Source: Sphaeroforma arctica JP610 (lineage: Eukaryota). From it: DNA of 33,117 bases. The position numbers and the translations under genes were made by a program. Under the pieces are notes generated by a model. The model did not search any database. It saw only the letters and a program-made list of their open reading frames with translations, and was not told the origin of the DNA. Every line of letters starts with the position of its first letter. Within the stretch, counting starts at the first letter, position 1. The stretch spans positions 10,232-43,348 of the forward strand of contig NW_014040361.1 of the NCBI RefSeq assembly GCF_001186125.1. The letters are read 5' to 3'. Positions 11,869-29,005 of the stretch are shown in pieces.

Positions 11869-12312
11869 TCAGTCGTATCCGTTGTGCGATGATGTGGACT
11901 CTTTGATGAGGCCAGCTATAGGCTGACTGCTGAAGCGGTCACCCATTCGCAGCACATAATTACTTTTCACTTGCTCCATGGCCGGTGTTAGCACTTGCTG
12001 CCTATTCATCTCCATATGCTGCAGCTTACCACGCCTATCAATTCTCTTACTACTACCGCCCATTGACTCCGAGCGCCAATTCGAATCAGAACTCCTCGCA
12101 TGTCGATCGCTGTTAACAATCTTCGGAGTGTTGGGCTGAACTATTGATAGACCTGATTCCACCCTGTCCATCGATCTTGGATTTTCGACATCGAATCGAT
12201 TCTTATTAGCATTGGCTGCTATAAAAATCTCGCCCGAAATTGACACAGCGTGTGTATTATAGTTCAGTATGCTCGTCAGCAAAAGAACAAGAGGTAAGGA
12301 TTTGTACATCAT
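11869..12312 (-). CDS. Hypothetical secreted protein, 147 aa, intronless
   Basis: ATG-initiated ORF with a signal-peptide-like start (MMYKSLPLVLLLTSILNYNTHA) and a hydrophilic remainder. No family recognised. Confidence 0.45.
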   Translation of the reverse strand: MMYKSLPLVLLLTSILNYNTHAVSISGEIFIAANANKNRFDVENPRSMDRVESGLSIVQPNTPKIVNSDRHARSSDSNWRSESMGGSSKRIDRRGKLQHMEMNRQQVLTPAMEQVKSNYVLRMGDRFSSQPIAGLIKESTSSHNGYD

Positions 12313-14265
12313 GTGTATATTGTATTTGTTATCGTTCAGAGTTCGATCGGGAATTCTATGCTTGATCCTATTTCGTGGTGAAGGGATGCCTTCGATGCAA
12401 GATTGTGAGTATTATACTGTCAACCATATGTATACATTAACTTTAAAAGTACGATTGTGTATTCAACGACATACGTCCGCGGACCGTGAGCAGGATATAT
12501 TGGAACCACTACGCGCTCAATACGGTTGTTTTATACTATAATGATTCTGTATATATTGTACCAAGTACCAACGAAGACTGTACGTGGGTCGGTCTTCGAG
12601 TCTTGACTCGAGTTTCGAATCTCTCTAACAGTACTAATAAAATACTTGTTGCGAGTTCAAATGTAAATACAAGAAGCTTTGCAGTTTGCAACATTCAGTC
12701 TCAAGAGTTGAATTTCAAGTTTCAGACTTTCATACCCTCATATGTATCGCAGACTCGCAGTCTCGCAGTCTCATAGACGACAACCTGGGTCTCTACTACT
12801 CTAGTAGAGACTAGAGTAGAGTGAGTCTCTAACTGCTGGTAGGAGGCAGACGGCAGTGCACTCTGTGCAGTCTGCTCACTCTGCAGTCTGCACTCTGCAC
12901 TCCGCAGTCCACAGTCTGAGACTCTGAGACTCGTGAGTCTTCACACGCCACACAGGGGGCCGCATAGTGCTGACTGCTGAGTGCTGACCCAGAGCTAGAT
13001 TGGTACCCAGTACCCACTACCCAGGGCCAACCGGCCAGCCACTCCCACTCCCGAGTCCCCAGCACGCTGCCACGAGATGCTAGCATCCCCAGAGGCCAAA
13101 ACCATGGAGCGATTGGTCTGTTGTTATTTTAAACATACCAAAGTTGTTTCTATATCAAACTAAAAGCCAAAAGCCAAAAGCCAAAAGCAACCAAAGTTAC
13201 AGTTTTTTTAATAAAAAACTGACCCATCTCAGAAAATACCGAAACTAAAAAAGAGCAAATTATATATATATATATATATATATTTAATTTTTTTTAAATA
13301 ATATATCGTTGCTATTGGAAACCGATTAAAAAAACAAATTGGGTTTGTTATATTCTCAAAAACACCACATTCCTGGTACCATTATGTTTTTTATTTTTAA
13401 AAAGCAAAATCAAATAGAGTTTGAACACGGTTTTTTTTCTTCAAAACCCCACAAATGATTTTGTCAACGTCCCCTGCTAAGTAGCTCTCCTGAGTCGTGA
13501 CGCTCTCTCTCTTATGTTTTGTTTTAAAAAAACAATTCTATTGAGAGTGTGAGGGCCGTCCGGCCGTGACCAAAAAAATATTTTAGTACATAGGACATAG
13601 TATGTACAGTCGTACACACATACATATTTACCTACTGTTACATAGCTATTAAAAAAGCCTAAAAATATCATAAAGGCTCCAAATTACTCATTCTATTTTG
13701 TACATAGTGTCGTGACGTATCCTGAATTCACTGATGAGAGCATCAATAAAGTATTTTTGACCAAAAAAATTGCATAGTCATATCACTCATATCAATATGT
13801 ACAAATCCACTAAATACATATCCACATATCCACTATCCAGATCTGATTCCAAATTTCCATTCAATGTATTTATTTGAAATTTAAAAAAAATGAAAAATGT
13901 AATACCTGTCAGGCTGTATGTACGTAAATATTTGTATGACTATGGAACTGTTTTTGTGTCGTCACTTGTCCACTCAGACTCGCCAGTGACTAGTGAGGCA
14001 GTAACCACTAACCAGTCGTCACTCGCCAGTACTCAGTCGTACTCTGTTATATTTTAAACCTGTGTAACAATCCAACAGCCAATAGAATGGCCTGAACATT
14101 TGAAATCGAAAATGTAAAATGTGTTTGGCCAATAAAAATTACGTTTGAGAAATCGAATACGACTGAAGAAATTTTTTTAAAGTTGATGTTGATGTGTGTT
14201 TTTGAAAATAATCGTCGTCTAAAAATGACAGGCTCTATTTTCAAACACATAGCTGCTGAGAAGGG

Positions 14266-14804
14266 AATGTCTTTATACGGCACTGGTGACAATAAAATTT
14301 TTAACTACCTCAGGCCAAGTTTCCTACCAGTCTCATTCTTACTTTTTCGAGTTTACTTTGCTTTTAAGATGTAATTAGCGCGATTTTAGCCCATTTATTG
14401 CACTTGTTGTATTAGTTCTTTGTCGGTCTCAGAGGAGAGGTCGACGTATGTTAGACACGAATAGTGTCAACTGTAAAACCTTGGGCGAATCCGAAGCAAT
14501 AGCTAAGACAGAGGACGCCTATATACGTGTGTCTAACTGCTAACGTATGTCAAGCCCTTAAGACCGACAAGGACCTAACATAAGTGCAACAATGGGTTAT
14601 ATCCGCGCTACAATATCTAACATTTAACTCGAGCGCTTTCAGCCGACAGATAACAAACAAACCGGCAGAAAACAAACACATCCATTTTAAATACACCTAC
14701 ATTTTTAAGCAAATTAATCTCGAAAAAGTACAAGTATGAGACTGGTAGGAAACTAGGCCTGAGGTGGTTAATAATTTTATTCTCCAGTGCCGCATAAAGA
14801 CATT
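14266..14804. mobile_element. Non-autonomous foldback/MITE-like element (~540 bp) made of nested imperfect inverted repeats
   Basis: 14266-14373 (AATGTCTTTATACGGCACTGG...CCTCAGGCCAAGTTTCCTACCAGTCTCAT...CTTTTTCGAG) is the imperfect reverse complement of ~14698-14804. Inner arms are 14378-14429 versus 14561-14608, and ~14449-14459 versus ~14526-14536. Confidence 0.75.
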
Positions 14805-14843
14805 ATCTAAATTGTTTTTCTTTACAAAACAAAATCTAAAATG

Positions 14844-14967
14844 CCGATCAGGCGATCAGGCGATCAGGCGATCAGGCGATCAGGCGATCAGGCGATCAGG
14901 CGATCAGGCGATCAGGCGATCAGGCGATCAGGCGATCAGGCGATCAGGCGATCAGGCGATCAGGCGA
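14844..14967. repeat. Perfect 8-bp tandem repeat (CGATCAGG)n, about 15 copies
   Basis: Directly visible. Confidence 0.97.
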
Positions 14968-15082
14968 CCAGCCATATTTTTGTTCTTTCTTCCTTTTTTA
15001 TTTTTATTTTTATTTTATTTTTAAACGCCAGTGTTAATAAAAATAAAAATTAATAAATATAAATAGACTGACTTTGTCTGAA

Positions 15083-15703
15083 TATACGACACCCGTCACT
15101 ATAAAACTATTAACACACGAGCCGTGTCCTAAACCGCATCCGGACCATACGCAAAGGTAGTTTCGATACTTTTGACAAAAGGCGACTTTGGACCAAGTAC
15201 CGAACTATTATTCGTGTACACTTGGCATGCAATATCTTTGCCGATACAACAGTCAAGTATCAGCTCTCGGTACATTATCTACACCTAGTGCCTGAAATAG
15301 AATACACACAACGCCTCAGACTAGAGAGCCAATGTTCTGTTAAACCTGTGAGCGTGAATTCGTTCAGACGTGGATCCATACTTCTGAATATTAATATTAA
15401 AAAATCGTTTCATAGCCTTCTAAAAATTATACACGCAAGAAGAAAAGAAGGCTATGTAAAATTATTTTTAAAAATTTACAATTGCACATTTACACTGTAG
15501 ACTGTCTGTAGTCCAACGATGTTGAATTTGGGTTTGTCCCGTTCTGTGATTTCATTAACCAGTTTTTTTTAGAACATAAATTCAAAACAAAATCATTCGG
15601 GTTTTTAAAATAACTTCATATATGTACATATTTACTACAATCTAAATCCATAGGAATACTAGGGCTCGGGCGTTAATAGTTTTATAGTGACGGGTGTCGT
15701 ATA
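15083..15703. mobile_element. MITE-like element (~620 bp) with ~40-bp terminal inverted repeats bounded by TA (Tc1/mariner-type)
   Basis: Left end TATACGACACCCGTCACTATAAAACTATTAACACACGAGCC (15083-15123). Right end GGCTCGGGCGTTAATAGTTTTATAGTGACGGGTGTCGTATA (15663-15703). No transposase ORF inside. Confidence 0.82.
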
Positions 15704-17720
15704 GACAAAGTCTGCGAGTTCAAGACATTTATTTAAAATTTAAAAAAGGCAGCTCACTTCAAAGTTCAAGTTGTGAACTTGTTTCTCGCTACTCACAGTG
15801 TCTCTAAAGGGTCTATATAGTCTTGTGCCTGTGTGTGATTTTTTGATTTGTGATTTTTTTTATTCTGCATCGTGCATAGCCCGGGCGCTCTATAATATCC
15901 TACAAGAGATTAGAGTTCTATGTACATATTGGGTTGTCTTCCATACAAAGAAAGGCTGATATGTTTGTAACTTGTGATTTTATGTTTGTGTATATACATT
16001 TACATATTTTGTATATACATCGTACTTAAGATACCTTTAGTATACAGATAATCCGTGGTTTTTATTCCATTTAATGGCTAATACCGCACGCGGTGACTAT
16101 CTATCAAATCGTCTCGGGGAGTGATCGAGATAAGGTTGTTGACTTGTGTAGCTTGCGTTGATGTTTGGAATTTGGGCTGCTCTAGTGAGTCTAGAGATTA
16201 GATTTATAGAAATAGAAAACGTAGACAAACAAAGCTTTTTATTTGAATTAGACATAGACTCGTCAATTTTACATTTTATAGTACGTTTGTTTTAAAAAAT
16301 ACCCCCTGATATAAATAAATAGTTTCCAAGAGTTAGAATAAACAACACTAACAAACTGAAATACCGAAGAAAAAAAAGGGTCACTACCGATAGCTGATCT
16401 CAGCTCACTTCGCCTTGGCGGGGAGCAATGCTAAGCCAAGTTGTCAAGTAGTCCCCAGAGTGCAGTATATTATAAATATCCGTCTATGTGTATATACCAT
16501 TTAAAAAGGTAACAGATGTCCACACATATTCATATATAGAGCGAGAACCACGCTTTCTAAACTTTAAACCCTAATATCATGTGTATATGGTATTAGTATA
16601 CATTGTCAAAAATCTGCTAAGATCCCATCACTTCGCACCACTCGGTAAGTCGACAAAGTAGATAGATGCATGGTTCTACAGATCCAAACAGTACAAAACA
16701 AAAAGAAAATATTCAATCAAATTTCCCGGAAATTTCTGAGGGTTCGAAGCCTGACAAAGTCGGGTTTGACTTAGAAACCAGACTGCCTACATCTTCTTAA
16801 TCTCTATCCCTCTGGTGGGCCATGGCTAGATATTAATAAGACATTGCTGTAATTTTAAATTGATCACTCTCTTTCTCCCGTTCACTAGTAGGCCTCTCTC
16901 TTCACTCTCTGGGTATGTGTAGAACTGTAGGCAGTACTCACAGGAGACACAGAGTATGAGAAAATAATAAATTATAAAATATCATCCGAGTTCTTGACCC
17001 TCTATAGTTGAGCGAAGTGTATTTATAGTTTAATATGCCTTATCACCTGATCCGTCGCCGATCGCCATCGGACTAAATGTCTGGGAGTCTGACAGAGAAA
17101 CAACATTTTATGCTAAAAGCTTGGGTCATTTTTTATGCTAAATAATACATAGTATTTACGTACATACCTCAATTTTTTTTTTAAATACCTGTATCAGGCT
17201 GTCTGATGTATATTTTAAAATTTGTAATGTTTTTTATAAAAGTAAAGCTCGAGAAGCTCGAATAACACGATGTATGTCAATATTTATATATTTTAAGCTG
17301 AACAATGAACATTGAAGGTCTCATTTCTGTGTTATAAAAATTAAAACCTCTACAGTCTTGTCTTTTTTATTAAAAATGCGAATATAGAGCTGTTCCAAAT
17401 TTTAAATTTTGCCAATAGTAAGAACTATATCTTCAGGGTTTAAAAGTATAGCGTTTTGGTTGTTCTTTTACTTTACTTGGGCATTATATTTAACATGCAT
17501 GTGTTTTATTATTTTATTATGCAGCAGTCAAATAGACAACACTGCAACAGTCAATTGTGGCCTCTCTCTCTCTACTAGTATTTAGTGGGCTATGGCCCGT
17601 GTGGTTTAGACTTAGTTTCATTCGGTAGCTATATAAATAAATATATACACACCGGTGGTATATTCTCATATTGAGCTCCTCTGTGTGCTGAACGTCCGTA
17701 TAATTTTAATATCACCCACT

Positions 17721-17969
17721 ATGGGAATAGTATTAGGTAAAGTAGACGTGGAGACGCCGAAATACACTACCGTGTACGAAGGCAAAGACTATGCAGTTCG
17801 CAGATATCCACCAGCCGTCGCAGCGGAAGTGTCATATAAACTCGGTGCGTGTAAATTGTGATAATACGTACTACTCTACGTGTAGAGTCTGCTATCACAG
17901 GTATCTTGCACGTTATATTTACACAGTTTCGTTTATCTGACGCTGGATGGTTTCACTCTATTCGAATAT

Positions 17970-18016
<47 letters not shown>

Positions 18017-21000
18017 NNNNNNNNNNNNNNNNNNNNNNNNNNNNNNNNNNNNNNNNNNNNNNNNNNNNNNNNNNNNNNNNNNNNNNNNNNNNNNNNNNNN
18101 NNATATGAAAGTAATTATGTATATATTTGTGTGTGTATGTATGTAATTGTGTATGCATACATGTATCTATGTATGTGTGAATGCATACATATGTGTATGT
18201 ATGCCTGTATGCTTGTATGCATGGGTGTATCTATGTATAGATAGTTAGGTAGATACCTAGATAGACAGATAGTTGAATAGATATATATATAAGGATAGAA
18301 AGATGGATATATGTATCTTGTGCATTCATTTTGTCGACTTCTATTGATAGGCGAGGACAATGCTTTCCGCGTGCTAGCCAAATACATTGGCGTATTTGGT
18401 ACACCTGAGAATAAGAGTACCACTGTGGAATCAGGTGAATCAGAGCCCATTGCCATGACTGCGCCGGTCATTACTACTGCTGACGTAAACCCTGAACGGC
18501 ATCTCCATGACGGCTTCTGGTAAGCTGATATATACACTCGAGTATACACTTATATATATATATATATATATTGGTAAAGATACACACACAAACACAAACA
18601 TATACAAACATACTCACACTTATATTCATATACATATATCCATATCTATACCATATATGCCAATATACGTTCATAGATATAAAATTTGCATATATTTGTA
18701 TTTATATATATATATATATTTAAACATATATACCATTTATACCATTTATATACATACTCATTCTATAATACGTGTTCATATATATGTTCATGTACTGATC
18801 ATATACCTATTGATAATCAAGTTCATATTCATATACTTATGCATACACATATACATATAAATACATATATATACACATATTCAATACTAGTATATACGTA
18901 TATATGATTTCTACACCTGTATGTATAAATAAAAATAATATTTATATATATATGTATATATATATATGTGTATATATATATATGTGTGTGTTGTGTGTGT
19001 GTGTGTGTGTGTTTGTGTACATAGATATACATCTATATCTATATCTATATCTATATCTATGTGTACATATATAAATATATATATATTTATTTATTTATTT
19101 ATTTATTTATTTATATATGTACACATAGATATTTATATATATATATATGTATGTATGTATATATACGCACGCGCGTGTGTGTGTGAGTGAGTGCGTGAAT
19201 GTGTATGTATATGCATAATTACATATGTATCATAGTTGTATATCCGTTGTATCTGTGCTCTTCCCAGTAGCTGGGACATTTATTTCGGTCTCCTACGACT
19301 AGTTTGGTGAAAGGATGTCTACATACACAGGTGAGATTCCCCTACTGCGATGAACATAAGAGAAACTCACTCGCTGGTATCTGTTGGTCGTATAGTCACC
19401 TGGTACACAAGTGCCGGGTCTTAGGGTTTTAGAATGTATGTCATTTCGCATCGGTCTATGTGTGTAGTTTGTAGTTGTAAGAGTCGGTTGGTTGACTCAC
19501 CTGTGGCCTTGGGATTTCTTTTGTTTCAGTACCTTTTAGGGTTTAGGTGCCATTACTTGATGTTTCTTATGCCAAGCATAGTGCAGTGGCGTCTACGCGA
19601 TCTGATTGGTGGAATTTTAAAACCGCCATGCGGGTGAGACTGCACTTTGTAGTTGATCTCCGGAGAGTCTCACCTACGTGGCAGTTTTAACGTTCCATCG
19701 GTGGGAGTGTATGGACACCACTCACTATGTTTGTCATGAGGGGCAGAGGGGGACCACTTACTGGCGCAGTACAAGGCCAATAGTCAGTCAGGTGACGAAC
19801 CCTACAATTCTAAACCCTATATGGTTTCTCCTGCTCCCTAGTGGTCTTGCGTTTACATCTCATTGGTGGCTGTATTACTTCGCAGTGTCCCTTATAACAA
19901 GCATTGTGCTGCCGTGTCTTTGTGATTGTACTGTTGCAGTAGAATGATTGTTGTGCGCGTGCATTTTTCTTTCGTGAAATACAGTAGCAAGTTCTATTGT
20001 TGTTAATGGACAGTAGTAAGTTGTATCGTAATTCATATACACCCTTTTACAAAACCTGTTATCAATAATTGGATGATATTTCATGAAAGTTCTCCGCCAA
20101 AATTCATCACCTTCACCCCACAGCAAACCGGAAGCCGTTGCCATGACAGCACCGGTGGTCAGTACCCCCAAGAACCACGAGGAGAAAGAATCTATGGCAT
20201 TTCTGCTACCGGCAAAGTACACTCTACAAAATGCACCCAGGCCGAATAACGAGTCAGTGCGTCTGAGGGCTGTCCCCAGTCGATGCGTAGCGGTGCTCAC
20301 GTATTCGTAAGTACTGTGGTTGTTGGTGTACGTTTGTTCACGTATTCGTAAGTACTGTGGTTGTTCGTGAGCGTGGGATTGGTTCTGTGTGGATGTGTGT
20401 GTGTGTCGCAGTTGTGTGCTGGTCTGGCGTGTGGTGGGTAGTTGGTGTACGTTTGTGTGTGCGTTGGAGCAGTCGGGTGGATTCACCAGTCATATGAAAT
20501 GATACATGAATGCACGTGCGTAGAACTTATACTATAGATGCAACCTGGAAACAGTCTCAATGGATACCAAGTGCTGTCCAGGTGATGTGATGGGTTGGTG
20601 AGTACTGAGTCCCCACTGCATCAGTTCCGTTATAGTTTATATGCTGTAATAGTTTATATGCTGTTATAAGTTTTATGATGTTATAGTTTATAGTTTATAT
20701 GCTGTTATAGTTCATATGTTGTTATAGTTTATATGCTGTTATAGTTTATATACTGTTATGGTTTATATGCTGTTATAGTTTATATGCTGAAATAGTTTAT
20801 ATGCCGTTATAGTTAATATGCTGTTATGGTTTATATGCTGTTATGGTTTATATGCTGTTATAGTTTTTATACTGTTATAGTTTATATGCCGTTATAGTTT
20901 ATATGCTGTTATGGTTTATATGCTGTTATAGTTTATATGCTGTTATAGTTTTTATGCTGTTGTAGTTTATATGCTGTTATAGTTTATATGCTGTAGTAGT

Positions 21001-21642
21001 TTATATGCTAATATAGGTTATATGCGGTTATAGTTTATATTCTGTAATGGTTTATATGCTGTTATAGTTTATATGCTGTTATGGTTTATATACTGTTATG
21101 GTTTATATGCTATTATAGTTTATATGCTGTTATAGTTTATATGCTGTTATAGTATGCTGGATTTCGATTTACGACACTGCTTCCGTGCTTGTGCTCTGCT
21201 TGATTGTAATAAGCGATACTTGTTAGCATATGTCTCTCTGTACCTGTATTTGGCTATGGACGAAGAGTGGGGGATATGGACTACACACTCAATTGATACC
21301 AATTGTTACATGGGCACGCACACAAACACCCCTTGTCTACCACACGTATAGTTTGTATTAACGTATTAGGAGGTGTGCGTACTCACATGGCCGTATGTGG
21401 ATATATATCACACCCACAGATACAACACCACTATGGACGAAGCGCGTGAGAAGAAGGACCGGCTACTGCCCACATTTACAGCCGACGGTATCACAGCGCT
21501 GGAAAAGGGCCAGAAATGGACGCTTGCACGCTACAACCCCCCCTTCACTCTGCCCTGGATGAAGACCAATGAGGTGCACATAGAGGTGCAGGACAAGTGG
21601 CTACAACCCTCCCTTCACTCTGCCCTGGATGAAGACCAATGA
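17721..21642 (+). CDS. SOUL/HBP heme-binding protein, ~232 aa
   Basis: Exons 17721-17844, 18351-18519, 20124-20306 and 21420-21642 total 699 nt and are phase-consistent. Motifs [27 protein letters not shown] (twice), MAFLLP..Y, APRP and [15 protein letters not shown] are SOUL-family hallmarks. Confidence 0.92.
17968..19215. repeat. TA/TG/CA-rich microsatellite tracts in SOUL introns 1 and 2 (N-gap at 18017-18102), surrounding exon 2
   Basis: Directly visible. Confidence 0.9.
20629..21152. repeat. 17-bp intronic minisatellite (GTTATAGTTTATATGCT)n, about 30 copies
   Basis: Directly visible in SOUL intron 3. Confidence 0.95.
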
Positions 21643-21988
21643 GGTGCAGGACAAGTGGCTACAACCCCCCCCCCTTACTCTGCTCTGGAGTGAGGACCAA
21701 TGAGGTGCAGGGACTAAGTTAGGTCTAGTAACCCCCCCCGTTNACTCGTGCCCTGGAGTGAAGACCAATAGGTANNNNNNNNNNNNNNNNNNNNNNNNNN
21801 NNNNNNNNNNNNNNNNNNNNNNNNNNNNNNNNNNNNNNNNNNNNNAAGGTAGCCGACGACCAGTCGCTATAACCCCCCCCCCCTTACCACCTACGTGCTC
21901 CTGGAGTGAGGAACCGAATGAGGTGCAGGACAAGTGGCTACAACCCCCCCCCTTCACTCTGCCCTGGATGAAGACCAATGAGGTGCAC
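21531..21988. repeat. ~58-bp tandem copies of the SOUL C-terminal coding segment (N-gap at 21775-21845)
   Basis: CTACAACCCCCCCTTCACTCTGCCCTGGATGAAGACCAATGAGGTGCA occurs at 21531, 21601, 21659, ~21728 and ~21938. Confidence 0.88.
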
Positions 21989-21994
21989 GATATT

Positions 21995-22907
21995 GTAACT
22001 TAAGGTTGTTGATGGAAGTGCTGAGGGATGCTAAGCTTCAACATGGGATATAACTTGAGGTTGTTGATGGTAGTGCTGTGGGATGCTAAACTTCAATATG
22101 GGATATAACTTGAGGTTGTTGATGTAAGTGCTGTGGGATGCTAATGGGATATAACTTGAGGTTGTTGATGGTAGTGCTGTGGGATGCTAAGCTTCAACAT
22201 GGGATGTAACTTGAGGTTGTCGATGGTAGAGCTGTGGGATGCTAAGCTTCAACATGGGATACAACTTGAGGTTGTTGATGTTAGTGCTGTGGGATGCTAA
22301 GCTTCAACCTGGGATATAACTTGAGGTTGTTGATGGTAGTGCTGTGGAATGCTAAGCTTCAAAATGGGATATAACTTGAGGTTGTTGATGGTAGTGATGT
22401 GGGATGCTAAGTTTCAACATGGGATATAACTTGATGTTGTTGATGTAAGTGCTGTGGGATGCTAACATGGGATATAACTTGAGGTTGTTGATGGTAGTGC
22501 TGTGGGATGCTAAGCTTCAACATGGGATATAGCTTGAGGTTGTTGATGGTAGTGCTGTAGGATGCTAAGCTTCAACATGGGATATAACTTGAGGTTGTTG
22601 ATGGTAGTGCTGTGGAATGCTAGCCTCAACATGGGATATAACTTGAGATTGTTGATGGTAGTGCTGTGGGATGCTAAGCTTCAACATGGGATTTAGTTTG
22701 AGGTTGTTGATGGTAGTGCTGTGGGATGCTAAGCTTCAACATGGGATATAACTTGAGGTTGTTGATGGTAGTGCTGTAGGATGCTAAGCTTCAACATGGG
22801 ATATAACTTGAGGTTGTTGATGGTAGTGCTGTGGGATGCTAAGCTTCAACATGGGTTATAACTTGAGGTTGTTGATGGTAGTGCTGTGGGACGCCAGGGT
22901 TCAACAT
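21995..22907. repeat. 55-bp minisatellite (GGGATATAACTTGAGGTTGTTGATGGTAGTGCTGTGGGATGCTAAGCTTCAACAT)n, about 16-17 copies
   Basis: Directly visible; most units contain AAGCTT. There are no unique spacers. Confidence 0.95.
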
Positions 22908-23839
22908 ATGATTACCTTCAGATTGTTGTTGTTGATTGAGCGTTTGCGGGTGCAATGCGAAGAACGCTCCACAGATACTTGGCTGCGGCATCAGCTGGTA
23001 GTGTACCACTGCAACAGGAGGCGACCAAGCATGACATTCTAACCAGATCATCGAGTTTCCTTCATAAATTGGGTCTTTGTATAGGAAACAACATTATTCG
23101 TATAGAAAACAATCTCATTTTTCCTCCTGCGTGCAGCCGACTAAATTGAACTTTATCACACAATCTCTGATTGGATGATATAGTTCTATGGTAAATAGTT
23201 TTGTGCACGCAAACACTCCAAGCGGAATTTATACCTGTACCATGTGGTAGCCTGATAACTTTCACTCATTTGAGATTTATTCAGTTTGTTGATGCCAAAT
23301 TACTTAGCTGGCGCAGCGTTGTTAGACTTGTATTTTTCGTTAAAAAGAAGTATTCTATACTCTTTGTAGTGCTCTTTGTAGTGTTAAGAAGGGGTAATTA
23401 ATAATCTGACCTATGTATGTTTTATGTGTAGGCCATTGTACTAATAAAACGGTTTGCTCGTGTCCCGTGGCTGGGTCTCAGTATTTTGAATAGCGGAGCT
23501 TTGTGCAGTGTAGTGCACATATAAATATAATTCTAGTTATTCGGCGGGCTTCGAGCACTTGAGCTTACTCGGTACATACATGGAATGCACAATCTATCCA
23601 TGCGTGTGATGAGCCTGTAAAGCTAAGCTACAATGCTTTGAGATGCGTGCGGCATATAATGCGACATATACACAGCCAATTCAGCTGCATATCACACACT
23701 TGTTGTATATGATCATTTTTGTAGCGTACATGGCCAAACAGACGCCACTCGTATATCCACAGACCAACACGCACTGTCGCATGTCCCTAACAACTACTTG
23801 ATGGCACATTGCCATACAACACACATAGAGAGAGATACA

Positions 23840-23964
23840 CGCTACATCTCCCTATAACTACAACTAGACACCCACGTGTAAGCTACATCTCCATATAGCT
23901 ACAACTACACACCCACGTGTAAGCTATATCTCCATATAGCTACAACTACACAACCACATGCAAG

Positions 23965-23981
<17 letters not shown>
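23840..23981. repeat. 41-bp tandem repeat whose last copy contains the stop codon of the MYND/C2H2 gene
   Basis: (A)GCTA(C/T)ATCTC units at 23840, 23881, 23922 and 23963. The stop codon TAG on the minus strand is at 23965-23967. Confidence 0.85.

Positions 23982-29005
<5,024 letters not shown>

Noticed and set aside
16077..16086. GCTAATACCG, a conserved SSU rRNA word
   Set aside because: No flanking rRNA similarity.
16738..16755. GGGTTCGAAGCC, like a tRNA T-loop
   Set aside because: No full T-stem, acceptor stem or D-arm.
19268..19330. Possible extra SOUL exon (cccag ... cag|gtgaga)
   Set aside because: It has an in-frame stop in the required phase, and exons 2 and 3 already join in frame.
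21995..22907. CRISPR-like regular array
   Set aside because: Head-to-tail 55-bp units with no unique spacers, no cas genes, and a eukaryotic context. The same applies to 1-924 and 25613-25941.
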